The notes under the pieces are model-generated. The model saw only the letters and a program-made list of their open reading frames with translations, was not told the DNA's origin and ran no database searches. Both the position numbers and the translations under genes were made by a program. From a virus (Duplodnaviria > Caudoviricetes): a stretch of 64,000 bases of DNA. Positions within the stretch are counted from its first letter, which is position 1, and every line of letters starts with the position of its first letter. Shown here piece by piece: positions 39,946-48,207 of the stretch. The stretch is from IMG/VR virus record IMGVR_UViG_3300020440_001565, positions 9,619 through 73,618 of that record; one strand, given 5' to 3'.

Positions 39946-40269
39946 TTATACCGCGAAAGATTCACCGCAACCACATGATGAAGTTGCATTAGGATTTCTA
40001 ATTTGAAAACTTGAGCCTACTATTTCGTTTACATAATCAATCGTGGTACCTGCTACAAATAGTACACTTTGGGAATCTACTGCAAACTGTCCTTGTGGAA
40101 ATTCAATAACTTCATCTTTGTCTGTAAGTTCATTTTCAAGTTCCCACTTGTACTGATAACCAGCACAACCGCCACCTTTCACACGAAGGCGAACAGCCGA
40201 TACGTTATTTTCTTGGCATAGTTTTGCTATCTGCTCTTTGGCAGACTCAGTTAATGTAAACAAGCTCAT
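39946..40269 (-). CDS. Fe-S cluster assembly accessory protein (IscA/HesB family)
   Basis: VKGGGCAGYQY; NPNATSSCGCGESF. Confidence 0.95.
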   Translation of the reverse strand: MSLFTLTESAKEQIAKLCQENNVSAVRLRVKGGGCAGYQYKWELENELTDKDEVIEFPQGQFAVDSQSVLFVAGTTIDYVNEIVGSSFQIRNPNATSSCGCGESFAV

Positions 40270-40286
40270 ACAATTATTTACCTAAA

Positions 40287-40907
40287 TTATTGCTTTATTT
40301 TAACATCTATTATTTGTTTTCGCAAGTCTAAAATACGTTTGTTTTTCCTTTTATTTCTTCTATTTCTTGCTTTTGATGTTTGGCTGAGTAGCCTGTCATG
40401 TTTGGTTAATTGTCTATTTTGGTCGTTAAACCATCTTACATATTGGATAGCTTTTGTTTTGGCTGTTCCATTTTTCTTATAATCAACGTCAACTGGTGTA
40501 AAACTTGGATCTATATGACTAACTTTCTTTAGTTTAATATAGTAATTTCCTTTGTGAGCTATTATATCTTTTCCAATTTTTACATTGTAATCTAAGCAAT
40601 CGTCATCTACTTGTACTACAGGAACAGTACCTTCTGGAAACTCGTCAGGCCAGAAGTATCTAGGAAAATAGCTTTTATACCCATCCCAAGATATTGTTTC
40701 GGTTTTGTCTGCTTCAACTTCCCAAGCCATGAAATAACCCGTGGTACCTCTATTAGTACCACGAGCTACTACTAATTCATCGCCATGAACATTTAGACGA
40801 CCCGAACGCCAAACTGTGTGACTTATATCACAATCAGCCTTATATCTCGTTGTTGCCTTCTTTTCTTCGATCTTAACAAATCTTCTTTTGTCTGTTATCC
40901 CGACCAT
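40287..40907 (-). CDS. Hypothetical protein
   Basis: 206 aa ORF with basic C-terminus. Confidence 0.65.
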   Translation of the reverse strand: MVGITDKRRFVKIEEKKATTRYKADCDISHTVWRSGRLNVHGDELVVARGTNRGTTGYFMAWEVEADKTETISWDGYKSYFPRYFWPDEFPEGTVPVVQVDDDCLDYNVKIGKDIIAHKGNYYIKLKKVSHIDPSFTPVDVDYKKNGTAKTKAIQYVRWFNDQNRQLTKHDRLLSQTSKARNRRNKRKNKRILDLRKQIIDVKIKQ

Positions 40908-40912
40908 TGATA

Positions 40913-41113
40913 TTACTTCGATTCGTTTTTAATGTCTTGTATCTTTTTTCTAAGACCCTTACCAATTTTTGTCATTTCTGACAATGCTTTTCTGGCTCTT
41001 GTACCGGCCGCTTTATTGCCTGAGTCAAAGAACTTTGATACATTTTCTTTATATTCATCAATCTGTAATTCAATTTGCTTTCTTAATCCTTCATCTCTAT
41101 TGTCTTCTGACAT
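40913..41113 (-). CDS. Histone H1-like (Hc1-type) small basic protein
   Basis: GNKAAGTRARKALSEM. Confidence 0.75.
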   Translation of the reverse strand: MSEDNRDEGLRKQIELQIDEYKENVSKFFDSGNKAAGTRARKALSEMTKIGKGLRKKIQDIKNESK

Positions 41114-41139
41114 ATCATATCTCCTTTAAATCGAGTTAT

Positions 41140-41327
41140 CCTTGGAACTTCAACCATGATAGATGATCAATAAATCATACCTCCATCCCAAGGACCACTC
41201 TTATACATATCTAATACCAGGTATGTAAGCCGGAGTGAGTATCCGCTCATGGTATCAGTCCATGTGCGTGGGTCTACACCAATATACCACTTCGCCCGCC
41301 TGTGGGTGAGCTGACCGATAAACGGCT
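41140..41327 (-). ncRNA. Candidate structured ncRNA downstream of hfq
   Basis: Gene-free; roughly 50% GC in the 5' half (hand count); nested stems AGCCG/CGGCT, ATCGGTC/GACTGAT, TGAG/CTCA, TCCTTGGGA/TTCCAAGGA. Confidence 0.45.
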
Positions 41328-41331
41328 ACTA

Positions 41332-41541
41332 TTATTTATTATGATTAGCCTCGTTTGAAACGGGCATAATAGTGGATACGGCGTGTTTATTCACTAATTG
41401 TGTTACATTATCACGTTCTAATAAGAAGCTCTTATCATCGTGTTCTGTAATTTTACCAATCAGCTTTATGCCGTTTACTAGGAAGGCTGTAACTTCTTTT
41501 TTCTCTGCTATTATTTTTTCGAAAAATGCTTGTTGTGTCAT
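41332..41541 (-). CDS. hfq: Hfq-like RNA chaperone
   Basis: Sm1 VTAFLVNGIKLIGKI; Sm2 QLVNKHAVSTIMP. Confidence 0.88.
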   Translation of the reverse strand: MTQQAFFEKIIAEKKEVTAFLVNGIKLIGKITEHDDKSFLLERDNVTQLVNKHAVSTIMPVSNEANHNK

Positions 41542-41578
41542 TATGTAAAAATCCTGTTATTATATTTATTTATCCAGG

Positions 41579-41586
41579 TATTTATA
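41579..41586 (-). promoter_or_regulatory. Late promoter TATAAATA upstream of hfq
   Basis: Exact motif. Confidence 0.6.
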
Positions 41587-41618
41587 CTTTAGTTCTTGTG
41601 GATATTCCACTAGGTTCA

Positions 41619-41903
41619 TTAGTCCGAACACAATCTCTTTGCAAACTGTAGTTTCTGGTATGCTTCTTCAACAATAGGATACCTTCTACGAAGATATTGC
41701 TCGTTCTTCTTTTGCCTCTCCCATTTGCGAAGTTTTCTTATCTGTGTCATATATGCTCCCGGAACAGGTGCTGAAGGTAAGTGATATTCTCCTCTATCAA
41801 ATAAATCTTTTTGTGCAGGATCTTTGAAAGAACCTTGATTGCTTTGTAGTTGAGATTTTAATTTTTTGATTTCTTCTTTTAGATCGTTTATCTCATCTTG
41901 CAT
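41619..41903 (-). CDS. Hypothetical protein
   Basis: 94 aa ORF. Confidence 0.6.
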   Translation of the reverse strand: MQDEINDLKEEIKKLKSQLQSNQGSFKDPAQKDLFDRGEYHLPSAPVPGAYMTQIRKLRKWERQKKNEQYLRRRYPIVEEAYQKLQFAKRLCSD

Positions 41904-42352
41904 TAGTTTCTCCTCATCTGCGAAATTTCAGTTGCCGCTTTTGAACCGTCTTTGTCATTTTCATCTGCAAATACTGGTACTAGATTGCTTTTATGCATCA
42001 TAGCAATACCAACTAGTTTACGTTCACCTGTGTATTGCATTGCAGGTCTTTTAGTAGCCGTACCAATACCGCTTGTTGAATTACTACTAGGGATATGCGG
42101 TATTTCTTTGCGATGGTTTGAATCTACATGATGCCACGGAGTACTAATGGCACGTGGCTCTGTTTTAGGTTTCCAGTTGCCATGTACATATTCAATATAC
42201 TCTGAAAGTTTCATTGTAGGAAGATTATGCTTCTTCCAAAACTTGTTTTGTTCACGCCAACCATCAACATAAAAAACATCAGGCTTTCTTTTGGCTTTCT
42301 TTTTCTTTTTAGTGTTTAAAGTGGTAAGACCACGTTCTAAATGCATAGTCAT
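41903..42352 (-). CDS. Phage hypothetical protein
   Basis: YTGERKLVGIAMMHKSNLVPVF motif. Confidence 0.7.
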   Translation of the reverse strand: MTMHLERGLTTLNTKKKKKAKRKPDVFYVDGWREQNKFWKKHNLPTMKLSEYIEYVHGNWKPKTEPRAISTPWHHVDSNHRKEIPHIPSSNSTSGIGTATKRPAMQYTGERKLVGIAMMHKSNLVPVFADENDKDGSKAATEISQMRRN

Positions 42353-42358
42353 AATATT

Positions 42359-42387
42359 ATTATATTACCTTCCTTAGAATATGTCAA
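42359..42387 (-). promoter_or_regulatory. sigma70-type promoter
   Basis: TTGACA-N17-TATAAT. Confidence 0.85.
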
Positions 42388-42524
42388 CGACCTTGTGAAT
42401 TGTAGGCTTTAAAACTTCTTTTTCTGTGTTTGTTCATAGAAGAAAACTTTACTCTTTTTCTTTTACCTTGCGAAGTTCTTTTTTTTACTGTTTCATGTGC
42501 TACGAAATTCTTGTGTAATTTCAT
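42384..42524 (-). CDS. Small highly basic protein (46 aa, not in ORF track)
   Basis: MKLHKNFVAHETVKKRTSQGKRKRVKFSSMNKHRKRSFKAYNSQGR; RBS GGAGG. Confidence 0.65.
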   Translation of the reverse strand: MKLHKNFVAHETVKKRTSQGKRKRVKFSSMNKHRKRSFKAYNSQGR

Positions 42525-42536
42525 AACCCTCCTTGG

Positions 42537-42848
42537 TTACATTTTTATTGTTTCATCTTCATCTTTGTAATCATAAACTGGAAATTCTGCTTTGCCTTTT
42601 GATGGCTCATAGAATCCAACTGCTTTATCATTTTCTAAGATTACCCAATAGTTAACAGGATTTTCTGCTCCAGGCCAACCTTTATGCCCAACCATTCTTT
42701 GTCTAATTTTAACCTTGCTATATTGTTTTGCAGGAATATCTTTTTTCTTATACTTTCCCATATTCCACCACCACTGGAAATCTTCTCCAAGTGTTTCTTC
42801 CATTATTATTGGACGTGGTGTTGATTTTTCATTAAATGGATCTTTCAT
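42537..42848 (-). CDS. Hypothetical protein
   Basis: 103 aa ORF with own sigma70-type promoter. Confidence 0.65.
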   Translation of the reverse strand: MKDPFNEKSTPRPIIMEETLGEDFQWWWNMGKYKKKDIPAKQYSKVKIRQRMVGHKGWPGAENPVNYWVILENDKAVGFYEPSKGKAEFPVYDYKDEDETIKM

Positions 42849-42921
42849 TGAGTACCTCTTTATTTTTATTATTACTGACTATAACATATTTTAGAAATAT
42901 GTCAACTGCTAATTATTAGCA

Positions 42922-43137
42922 GATCATGGGTCATATAAGCCAACCAATCTTATTCCTTCGGTGGGGAGCAAGTCAATTCCATCAACCTTAACGACTTGGC
43001 TCCCCCGGCTGTTAAGGTTGGGTAGTATCTATATTTCGGTCTATGATTCCCTGAGTCCTACCAGACTTGTAAATCCCTGTACTGTAGTTCTTATGGCATC
43101 CAGTACACCAAACCGTTACTTTTGCTATGTCATGATC
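42922..43137 (-). ncRNA. Candidate pseudoknotted ncRNA
   Basis: Own promoter (43162-43189); terminal GATCATG/CATGATC pairing; TGTACTG/CAGTACA stem; 10-bp + 12-bp H-type pseudoknot. Confidence 0.6.
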
Positions 43138-43161
43138 AACTCTCCTACTCTCTATATTTTA

Positions 43162-43189
43162 ATATTAACACAGAAAGCATATCTGTCAA
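43162..43189 (-). promoter_or_regulatory. sigma70-type promoter
   Basis: TTGACA-N16-TAATAT with TGn extended -10. Confidence 0.6.
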
Positions 43190-43205
43190 CCAAAAACTTA
43201 TAGAC

Positions 43206-43213
43206 TATAAATA
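43206..43213 (+). promoter_or_regulatory. Late promoter TATAAATA for plus-strand pair
   Basis: Exact motif upstream of 43308. Confidence 0.65.
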
Positions 43214-43307
43214 TTTGTAGAAATATGAAAGCCCAGAACAAGCTGGGCTCTCAGTAAAGGTTGTATGTCGCCGTTGGGACACTATTACTTATAGGATATT
43301 AAAAATT

Positions 43308-44009
43308 ATGAGCATTGATGGTAAAAATATTAATGAATTAGATAGTGAGACACGTAAGCTTCTCTTTTCAGTAACAAATAGTTTTGATATTCAAAACTTT
43401 AGAATCATAAGAGCTGATATCAAATGGAGAGGTCATCTTGTTGTTGAAGATGGTGATTTTGTATACAAAATAAAAGATGGTAACAGTAATAGAAGATGTT
43501 GGAAACTTGTTAAAGAGTTTTTCGAAAATTGGCATGAACAATATTATGTGTCAACACAATTTCACGAAAACTGGATTTGTGAAAAGTTTAAAAAGTTGCC
43601 AGGACTGGGAGCTGACAGCTATAAAGATTTATCAAATCCTGAGACTGAATTATTTCGAAAAATGATTAACTGGCTTGAGGATGAAATAATAAGGATTGCT
43701 ATCAATGGATCTAAAATGAAAAGCAAAAGATATCCTACACAAGACTACATCTTAACTTGGTTTGATCCTAATATATGGAATATTATATACGATGAAAAAC
43801 AAGATAAGTTTACTCTTATTGACTTTGATCAAATTGATTGGATTGGCTATGATGCTTGGAAGATTGCTGTAACAGATATTATTGCTTATAACTTTGGACT
43901 CGACAAAGTATCAAAAAAACTATTTTCCGATTCTATTCAAAAAAAATTAATATTGGCTATCAACAATGACTTTTCATTGTCTAGCGGAGAAAATAATAAT
44001 GTCAGATAA
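43308..44009 (+). CDS. Kinase-like (APH/choline kinase fold) protein
   Basis: DPNIWNII...FTLIDFD. Confidence 0.55.
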   Translation: MSIDGKNINELDSETRKLLFSVTNSFDIQNFRIIRADIKWRGHLVVEDGDFVYKIKDGNSNRRCWKLVKEFFENWHEQYYVSTQFHENWICEKFKKLPGLGADSYKDLSNPETELFRKMINWLEDEIIRIAINGSKMKSKRYPTQDYILTWFDPNIWNIIYDEKQDKFTLIDFDQIDWIGYDAWKIAVTDIIAYNFGLDKVSKKLFSDSIQKKLILAINNDFSLSSGENNNVR

Positions 44010-44889
44010 AATAAAAGTAGCCTGGTTCGGTAGTAGTCATGTACAAGGCGGATATGACACTTATGCAGATGAGTACGATGATATCAATCCTTTTCATACT
44101 TCTCCACCTGGATATTTTCAAAAATTGTTCAACGAATCTGACGTAGTCAATTATGGACATGGAGGAACTGGCATTGATTATATGCAGTTGATTTTACCAG
44201 ATGTCTTAAAAAATAATAGGCCTGATATTGTGTATGCTGAAATGAGTACATTGTTTCGTGGATCTTTATATTATGCCATGGACAGATATGCTAGTGAAGT
44301 ACTTGACGGTACATGGTATAACTATTCAACAAGAAGAGGACTACATAATCCGGTAGTGCAATCACAATATCATAGCACATATGGTGACGGATTTGACTCA
44401 TTAACATCAGCTATGGTCAAAAAAGGTACAGAAGAATCATATAAAAAATACGTTAAACAAATGACAAAAGTAAATCGAGTTGATAGTATTGTACCAAGAA
44501 AAGTTTTCTTTGCAAATAGCGTAGGACGAGACTCAGTCGACTATATATCTGATTTAGTAATTTACTTCAAAAGAATAATTCAAATGACAGAGTATCTTGA
44601 ACAACATAATATACCAGTATACTGGTTTCCTTGGTCAAACAAAGACTTTTTGTTCTTAAAAAAAAACAAACAGGCTTGGAATATTAAGAAAAAATGTGAT
44701 GATCAAATAAAAATAGTAGATGGACTACAAAATCAAAGCTATTTTCAATATCTAAAAACAAAATATCAAAAAGACGTACATGATTCTTTTACTGTTGACA
44801 GAGCTCATGTACAACACAAATTTAACAAAGAAGCTGTTGATACATTTTTTGCACCACATTTCAAAAAATTATTAAAAATTACTTATTAA
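43999..44889 (+). CDS. SGNH/GDSL hydrolase-like protein
   Basis: FGSSHVQG, NYGHGGTG, C-terminal DRAH. Confidence 0.7.
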   Translation: MSDKIKVAWFGSSHVQGGYDTYADEYDDINPFHTSPPGYFQKLFNESDVVNYGHGGTGIDYMQLILPDVLKNNRPDIVYAEMSTLFRGSLYYAMDRYASEVLDGTWYNYSTRRGLHNPVVQSQYHSTYGDGFDSLTSAMVKKGTEESYKKYVKQMTKVNRVDSIVPRKVFFANSVGRDSVDYISDLVIYFKRIIQMTEYLEQHNIPVYWFPWSNKDFLFLKKNKQAWNIKKKCDDQIKIVDGLQNQSYFQYLKTKYQKDVHDSFTVDRAHVQHKFNKEAVDTFFAPHFKKLLKITY

Positions 44890-44903
44890 CTTTCTTGTGC
44901 CAT

Positions 44904-46007
44904 TTATACAAAATTCTTCCCCCATACACACGTCTTTGCACAAGTGTCTAATCTAGGAGTGTCTGGATCATTTCTGGTGCTGTTAAAAGTCTTGTCTAAA
45001 TAGCTGACAAAGAACTCATGATTGAGTATGTCATCAAATGAATGATAGTGTAGATTGTTAAAATGTTTGCCAAAACGTTTTGTAATGTGTTTCCATTCTT
45101 GTGATATTTTGTCCATGCCAAACAGTTGATTTTTACGTTTATGCATATCACCTGTCCAACAGCACATCCACACAGTACCATCATACTCAACATACATACC
45201 TTTGGAATTGTAATACTGACAAGATATGTTTGCTGTGTCTAAAAAGTCTTTTGGTGCTTCACCTACAATTTTTTTTGCTTCTTGATATCCTTTGCGACCA
45301 TCAATGTGAACAACTACTTCATTGTTCTTTTTTGTTTTTGCACCCATTCCGCCATCTTTGTGTTTGTTAACCGCTTTGGTAAAATTTCTTGCGGCGCCGG
45401 ATCCGGTTGTCAAACCTCTAAAAAATATACTGTTGAATCCTATTTCTTTGGCAATTTGTTTTGCTTCTTCTACTTGATGTTTGTTATGATCAAATACAAT
45501 GTATTGCCAATCTGCATGACCACCTGCATCAATAAAAGCCTTAACATTATTGATCACATTTTCATACTTTGTATTTCTTCTATAAATATGATGGGTATCT
45601 GCAAGTCCATCTATACCAAATATAACACCGTGTGTTATATTTTTCAACACATCACCAACCTTTGTCCAGTATTCTGAGTCAAACATTGCTCCATTGGTTG
45701 AAATATTTAATCTTAAATCTTTATGTGCATGATCAACAATGTATTGACAAATATCTAAAAACTGCGGATGAATACAAGGGTCTCCGAAGTTGCCATTAAA
45801 CAAAATTTTCTGTAAATTATTAGACAGCATTTCAGGAGTAACTGCTTTTTTAATGACATCAAGAGGCATATCCCAACTGTGAGGTTTACCAATAAAAGGG
45901 TTTACGTCTTTGCCGTCTATGTTACGAGCACATTCAAGACACATAGCTTGACACCTTGCTGTGATATCTAGTTGGATCCAATTTAGTTTATTCTTGTTAA
46001 TTTGCAT
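44904..46007 (-). CDS. Radical SAM protein with SPASM/twitch domain
   Basis: CQAMCLEC, GNFGDP, GTVWMCCW, CAKTC. Confidence 0.9.
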   Translation of the reverse strand: MQINKNKLNWIQLDITARCQAMCLECARNIDGKDVNPFIGKPHSWDMPLDVIKKAVTPEMLSNNLQKILFNGNFGDPCIHPQFLDICQYIVDHAHKDLRLNISTNGAMFDSEYWTKVGDVLKNITHGVIFGIDGLADTHHIYRRNTKYENVINNVKAFIDAGGHADWQYIVFDHNKHQVEEAKQIAKEIGFNSIFFRGLTTGSGAARNFTKAVNKHKDGGMGAKTKKNNEVVVHIDGRKGYQEAKKIVGEAPKDFLDTANISCQYYNSKGMYVEYDGTVWMCCWTGDMHKRKNQLFGMDKISQEWKHITKRFGKHFNNLHYHSFDDILNHEFFVSYLDKTFNSTRNDPDTPRLDTCAKTCVWGKNFV

Positions 46008-46013
46008 CTCTAG

Positions 46014-46021
46014 TATTTATA
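46014..46021 (-). promoter_or_regulatory. Late promoter TATAAATA
   Basis: Exact motif 6 nt upstream of the ATG at 46007. Confidence 0.65.
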
Positions 46022-46091
46022 AGTCATAAAAAGGGCCATGTATTTCTATTAAAGAAAAATTAATGTCTGCTACCGAAACTGACTTTGAAGA

Positions 46092-46781
46092 TTAAAGATT
46101 TTTCTTAGAAAAATTAGCTTTGCCGGTTTTTGTTGTTGAAGTTGGCTTAGGTGGATTTGCATTTGGATCAGCAGGATCAACTGTGATACCTCCACCATCA
46201 ACGTCTGGATCTACATCAACATCTTTTCTGGTACCACCAAGTGTTTGTTTGTTCCAATTATCTACTGTTTGTCTCATATCGTTTTCTAAATCTTTTCTTG
46301 GATATGGCTGACCACTTTGGAACTTAGGCATAATCTTTGCAGGAACATAATCCCAAAATCCTAAATTCTTTAGAGTAAGAACTACGTCTGCCGCTGGTAA
46401 TTGTTTGTTGTAATCCATTGGAACTGCTTTTGGATTACCTTGTGCGTCTTGTCCTTTAACTAAAGGTGGCTTACCTTGATTTGAAGCCATAACTGTGGAA
46501 CTTACTTTCTTAACTAGTGCATCTGTATATTTTTGTAAAGCTGTATTAATTTTATCTGCTTGACCTTGTGCCTGTGCTTGTCTGTAGTTTGCACCAAAGT
46601 TTTTTACCGCAGATTTGGCTAATGTGCCTAATCTTTGATTAGCAAAACGATCAGTATCTGGTCCACCTGTACCTACTTGTTTGTACTGTTGTCTTGCTTG
46701 ACTTATAGTTCTAGCTGTTCCGCCTACTATATTTCTAGCAAAGTTAATTGGACCTTCATTTGTAACCTCTTTTATTTTCAT
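46092..46781 (-). CDS. Hypothetical late protein
   Basis: 229 aa; TATAAATA at 46787-46794. Confidence 0.7.
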   Translation of the reverse strand: MKIKEVTNEGPINFARNIVGGTARTISQARQQYKQVGTGGPDTDRFANQRLGTLAKSAVKNFGANYRQAQAQGQADKINTALQKYTDALVKKVSSTVMASNQGKPPLVKGQDAQGNPKAVPMDYNKQLPAADVVLTLKNLGFWDYVPAKIMPKFQSGQPYPRKDLENDMRQTVDNWNKQTLGGTRKDVDVDPDVDGGGITVDPADPNANPPKPTSTTKTGKANFSKKNL

Positions 46782-46796
46782 ACTAGTATTTATATC

Positions 46797-47498
46797 CTAT
46801 ATAAGAATTAGATTATCTCTAGAACCTTCTTTGATCTTTTTCCATGTATTTTCTGTAGCTGTACCTGTAATTTGTAGTGCTGGCCTCTTCTTCCACGACC
46901 CATTCCACGTTGCGTGTGGTAGTGTTGACCATTCCCAAGTAACAATATCTCCTGCTCTCCATTGAGTATGCATATAGTTACCAAACTGAAATAACTGTCC
47001 TGGTTCCCAATCATTTAGGAATACAAGAAATCTTACTTTGTCTTTAGCATATTTAAATTCAGGATTATCAATAACTCTGTCTTTTCTTGGCTCACCTGGC
47101 AAGTTATCAATATGTACCATCAGTTGCTGATTAGGTTTCTGATCATGGAACTTCCAAGTATACTTTTTGTCTTTGTCTAGTTCAAACCATTCTGCTACTG
47201 CTCTAAATTTTACTAATCTTTCATCTTCTTCGTATTTGTATAAGTGAAACATTTCTGCTTTTGGATCACCATCTGGGTTATCAGCGTCTTCAACTGCATG
47301 ATAAACACCATCTACTGTAGATGCAGGATTGGCCGCGTGTCCATAGTTTTGTTTATTGTAAGCACCTGCTTTTAATTTTGAAGCTCTAGCTATTTCAATC
47401 TCATCTGTGAAGTCGGCACTAAATTGTCCTACTACTTTAAAGAAGTCGCCTTCTTTATCTTTTCTCCATTTGTCAAAGTGATAAGTTTTAAACATCAT
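46797..47498 (-). CDS. 2OG-Fe(II) oxygenase / Asp-Asn beta-hydroxylase-like protein
   Basis: MVHIDN ... LPHATWNGSWKKRPALQITG. Confidence 0.75.
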   Translation of the reverse strand: MMFKTYHFDKWRKDKEGDFFKVVGQFSADFTDEIEIARASKLKAGAYNKQNYGHAANPASTVDGVYHAVEDADNPDGDPKAEMFHLYKYEEDERLVKFRAVAEWFELDKDKKYTWKFHDQKPNQQLMVHIDNLPGEPRKDRVIDNPEFKYAKDKVRFLVFLNDWEPGQLFQFGNYMHTQWRAGDIVTWEWSTLPHATWNGSWKKRPALQITGTATENTWKKIKEGSRDNLILI

Positions 47499-48120
47499 TT
47501 CTTCTCCATACCCATACCAAGCATTTAATATCTTGGCCATTTTTACCCATTGCAATCTCTTCTTCTACCTCACTAACCACAGTAAGATCTCTAAGTTTCT
47601 TTGTAAAGTATTTAACATCTTTCTTCTGCCAGTCATAGTGTAGTGTTTTATCTGTTTTGTTTCCATTGTCAACCTCTTCTTCTACTACTCTAACTCTCAT
47701 AACAAACAGTCCTCCAGGCTTTAACCATTTTTTACAAAAATTAAGTTGTTGGTATATTTGTGTATCACCACCTATGTTAATTGAACCCAATGCCATTACT
47801 GCATCAGCACACCCAGGCTTAAAAATTTTATCTGCATCTCTTATACCTACGTTTATATCAGCGGTAGGGTAAGGAGCAATATCTATACCTACTAAATTTT
47901 TAATTCTGTGTTTTAAATGATTACCGCCGCAACCAACATCAATTACTAATGTAGGATTAAGTTCATTAATTTTGTCAACAAGATTTAATGAACTTTTAGT
48001 ATGAGAAATAAATCTTTCATAAGGATATGGATTGTCTTTAAAGAAATTTGATATTTTTTCTTCAAGTGTATCACCTTCTGAATTTAATATTCCTAATGAT
48101 GCAAATGTATGTTTTTTCAT
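47488..48120 (-). CDS. Class I SAM-dependent methyltransferase
   Basis: LVIDVGCGG, GIDIA, LKPGGLF. Confidence 0.88.
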   Translation of the reverse strand: MKKHTFASLGILNSEGDTLEEKISNFFKDNPYPYERFISHTKSSLNLVDKINELNPTLVIDVGCGGNHLKHRIKNLVGIDIAPYPTADINVGIRDADKIFKPGCADAVMALGSINIGGDTQIYQQLNFCKKWLKPGGLFVMRVRVVEEEVDNGNKTDKTLHYDWQKKDVKYFTKKLRDLTVVSEVEEEIAMGKNGQDIKCLVWVWRRNDV

Positions 48121-48132
48121 TTTCTACCTTTC

Positions 48133-48207
48133 TGGAGCGGGTAATGGGGTTCGAACCCATGACCTTCTCGTTGGCAACGAGACGCTCTACCACTGAGCTA
48201 CACCCGC
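48133..48207 (-). tRNA. tRNA-Gly(GCC)
   Basis: GCGGGTGTAGCTCAGTGGTAGAGC...TT-GCC-AA...GGTTCGAACCCC...TACCCGCTCCA. Confidence 0.97.

Noticed and set aside
41305-41327. CCGTTTATCGGTCAGCTCACC resembles the 3' end of E. coli RNase P RNA as I recall it
   Set aside because: No GAGGAAAGTCC-type conserved region, and the upstream space is occupied by hfq; probably chance
42958-43006. GGGGGAG...CTCCCCACC looked like a tRNA/tmRNA acceptor minihelix
   Set aside because: No T-arm (TTCRA), no CCA and no tag reading frame; better explained as a pseudoknot stem
42961-43203. 80-aa plus-strand ORF
   Set aside because: Overlaps the structured element and a minus-strand promoter; no protein features
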